A DNA stretch of 64,000 nucleotides from the NCBI GenBank assembly GCA_965178125.1, contig OZ237739.1:992001-1056000 (forward strand), given 5' to 3'. The stretch's first letter is position 1; every line of letters begins with the position of its first letter. Positions 61,006 through 64,000 of the stretch are shown in pieces. Under the pieces are notes generated by a model. The model worked only from the letters and a program-made list of their open reading frames with translations. It made no database searches and was not told where the DNA came from. The stretch comes from Bilabrum cf. latius. Its lineage: Eukaryota. The position numbers and the translations under genes were made by a program.

Positions 61006-63261
61006 TCACCACCCTCCATCGTCCTGCTGACGCCCGCCCATCCCGTCGCGGGCTGCCTGCATCGACACGCCGCTGCTGCCAGCCCCAACCGCCGTGCCAT
61101 CGCCTTGCAAATCATGCTTGCGCTCCCGCACAGCCGGCTGCACCCCGCAGATGCTCCCCACCATGGGGTAGCTTCCCCGCACCCCCCAGGCAAGATACGC
61201 CAGCACGAGCCCCATGATCGCCGCGACGAGACACAGGGCAGCCAGGGTCAAAAAGGTCCCCTGGAAGCATTTATGCCCGTAGCAGGTCGTCCCGTGTCCT
61301 GGCTGGATCTCCTTCTGGTACAGTGTGCTAGCGAGCCCCACTGCAAACGCGTAAGACCCAAAGGCAGGCGCCATGGACGAGATGCTGTAGATCCGCCCAA
61401 AGCTACTGCCCCCGAACACATCCGCGATGATGGACGGACTCAGGGTCCAGAAGCTGCCGTACGCCAGGCCGACCACAATCACGGACAGGTACAGGAGGTT
61501 CATGTCGCTGAAGGAACACAAGAGGCAGCCCAGGCCCATGAGGCCGACTCCCGCCGCGATCCAAACGGGCCGCGGGACAGATTTCTTGGTGAGGTCTGAG
61601 AGAAAGCCGAAGAGCATGCGGCCGGCGCAGTTGCCCACGGCCAGCACCGACACGTAGATCGCCTGCTGCTCCTCCTGCCGGGACAGCGCCAGCGTCAGCT
61701 GTCCGATGTTGTTGATGACTGCGAGACCGGATCCAACCCCGATGAACATGACCAGGAAGAGAAGCCAGAACTCCGCTGTGCACAGCGCCTCGCACACGGA
61801 GAAATCGTCGCCATGGCTGTGAAGGTCCTCTTCGTCTTCCCCGTCGTCCTGATCTTCATCTTCGTTCTGGTACCCATCCAGCATCACCCTGCCCGACCCG
61901 TCACCGCGCCCATTACCGTATGCGCCCCTGCTCCCGGGTCCGCTGGCTGGCCCATGGTCAGACTCACCGTACCCCAACGCACCACCACCACCACCACCAC
62001 CTACGCCATTGGTACCGTGCATAGGCCCGGTCTAGATGCTCACATCGCCATCGATCCGCATGGTGCTACCGCCCTCCAGGAGAGAGACCTGAGCCTGGGA
62101 CCCGGAGTAGGTTCCGCTACGCTTCTGCGCGGCGCCGGCGGCACCGTCATCCTCGAACCAGGGCAGGGGCAGAGAGGTGCACAGCACGAGGAGAAGCAGG
62201 GGGATCAGGCACCAGGGGAGTGCCCTCTCGGCGGAAGGAGAGAGCGAGCCCGCGTGGTGCAGCACCACCACGACCGTCACGAAGATTGCGGTCAGGATGA
62301 CGAGTGCGTACCCTGTGGTGAGCCGGCAGGTGCCACCTGGGCCCACCTGAAGGGAGGAGGCCTCTCCCTGCCCCGCATCCTTGGCTCTGGCTTCGGCCTC
62401 CTCCTCGGTGGCGCCTTGAGAGAGGGCCTGTGCCTTTGCCACGGTCGATGCCTGGCCCCCCACTAGGGCCTGGCACGCGGTTGCAAGCGCGATGAGGGCG
62501 GGGGTGGAGATGGAGAGGAACCGGAGGAGGCCCGGAGCGTCGCCCTCGAAGTACCCGGCGTACACGACCGCGATCATGATGGCGGATAGGCCAAAGAAAG
62601 CTTTCAGGACGCCCATAACAAGGCCGCGGTCTCGGGGGAAATTCCTGACCTGCGACATGCGAGCAGTTCGAAGCGAAGATCCAACAACAAGGTGGTGCCG
62701 GTCGGGTGGCAGCAAGGGGACGCGAGTTGCGCCCGGAAGGAAGGCACCTATGTAGCGACATCACACCAATCTTTAGTTCGGTACCATCCGCCGTGTCCAT
62801 CAGCTCACCTGCGTACTGATGGCGACCGTGTCGCCGCTCGACGACGCGTTTTGCCAGATGTAGGCAAAGATTGCCATGGCCACCCAGGAGTGCGAAATCC
62901 CGGGGAGCTCGCTTGCTCCAGCAAACATCAAGAAGTACCCCAGGAAGGAGAACACTGTCGCATAGGCCCCTGCCACCCAGGGGCCGAATGCGTCGAAAAG
63001 CGGACCTCCTGTGAACGCAGAGGTGTAGAAGCCAACATTTCCGATGGATCCGATCGACTGAAGCTAGTGCTATGTCAGTCCTAGCTTAATTTTCAAGTCG
63101 TTGGAGTATAGCCCAAAGGCGTACGCGGATCCCGCTGCCGCTTGCATGAGGATCCCGGCCACCAGACTCAACCACCGCCTGTCGCCGCATGGTCCGGTGC
63201 GATCGCTGTAGAACCATGGTCTATACTGCTGAATTGAACTGGTCAGAGGCAAGCTGCTCAT
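61006..63261 (-). CDS. Nodulin-like/Mch1-type MFS transporter
   Basis: AGSAYAFGLYSNDLKIKLGLT-TAG-H-TAG-L, VRNFPRDRGLVMGVLKAFFGLS, EFWLLF, INNIGQ, NCAGRMLFGFLSD. Intron 62650-62808; TGA stop. Confidence 0.88.
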
Positions 63262-64000
63262 TCGAAGCCAGTGTCTGCGATGAAGCTGAATGGAGTCACT
63301 GAGACGAATCTTGATGTTCAACACAGAAAGCAACTACTAGTTTTGGGACACTGCAGCGTCAGACTCTTACCAGACAAGACAACTTCTTGAGTAAAAGCTC
63401 GGGACGGGTCCGAAAAGGATACTGCACTGACCAGATCCGCAACAAATGGACACGGGATCGTGCAATTGTCGTCACATCGAAATGCAACACGCGCAACAGT
63501 TCTGATCCGATCGACTCGGATCTGTCGCTGTCTATGGATGCGTGAGCGGTTCGACGACACCCATGATACAAGCAAGAGCCCGTGCCTCGCTTGGGGACTC
63601 ACCGCCTGCTCGCCTTACACACACCACATACTCCGTTTACAGACTGGCACCTCCAGTTCGAACCCATATAGGCGTTAACCTGAGGTCGCGGTGGTCCCCT
63701 GTTCCCTTCCCCCTTCGCCGGTCGCAAACACCAAAGCAAAGTTGGGCCACCACTTGAACGTGCAGCAGGACAAAGAACTGGTACTAGTCTGGTGGACACC
63801 GATGTTTGCGGGGCCCACTGAGGGCATGTTGACTGCTTGAGGCCATTGCAGCAGGACTGTGAGAAGCCTGCTGGGATCAGTGCTTTCGTTCTTTCGTATC
63901 AGCGTTCGCTTATTGAATCGTTCATTTAAAGATCACCACCCGAACCCGCTGCCGGCAGCCGTCGCTGCCACACCAGACACCCCCGTCGGCCGCGCTGCAT

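Noticed and set aside
1-63261. Interpreting the many in-frame stops as mass pseudogenisation or sequencing error
   Set aside because: Interruptions in host genes are only TAG, with no frameshifts, and fall on conserved Gln sites, including in essential genes such as ATP12.
1-64000. rRNA, tRNA (including tRNA-Gln CUA), CRISPR arrays, virophage/Polinton genes
   Set aside because: None recognisable by eye; tRNAscan-SE or HMM searches would be needed to exclude them formally.

Overview
GC-rich, compact eukaryotic (protist) nuclear DNA with few short GT-AG introns. The style of the low-complexity proteins and the tyrosine-recombinase (YR) retroelement are reminiscent of bicosoecid stramenopiles, but that taxon guess is inference only. 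The key to the window is a non-standard genetic code. TAG is a sense codon, most likely Gln: it sits at conserved Gln positions of MFSD1, ATP12 and a nodulin-like MFS, and it swaps with CAG/CAA between paralogs. Genes end in TGA or, less often, TAA. Read this way, the fragmented ORF track collapses into about 20 long genes. The flanks (1-12 kb, 44-64 kb) are single-copy genes: a ~2000-aa coiled-coil protein, an MFSD1-like transporter, Atg6/Beclin, a PH-domain protein, a BNR-repeat secreted protein with a 7-nt microexon, ATP12, a GH31 glycosidase, an MBD4-like glycosylase and a nodulin-like MFS. The centre (11.5-45 kb) is a rearrangement hotspot with a 2.9-kb tandem triplication, a DIRS/Ngaro-type YR retrotransposon that itself uses TAG as sense and carries an antisense ORF, and a 4.3-kb inverted repeat. 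It holds six copies of an LRR-ankyrin-CaaX gene with shuffled hypervariable blocks, two full and one partial subtilisin (S8) gene, and two BARA-only Beclin fragments. This is a candidate diversifying sensor/defence locus.
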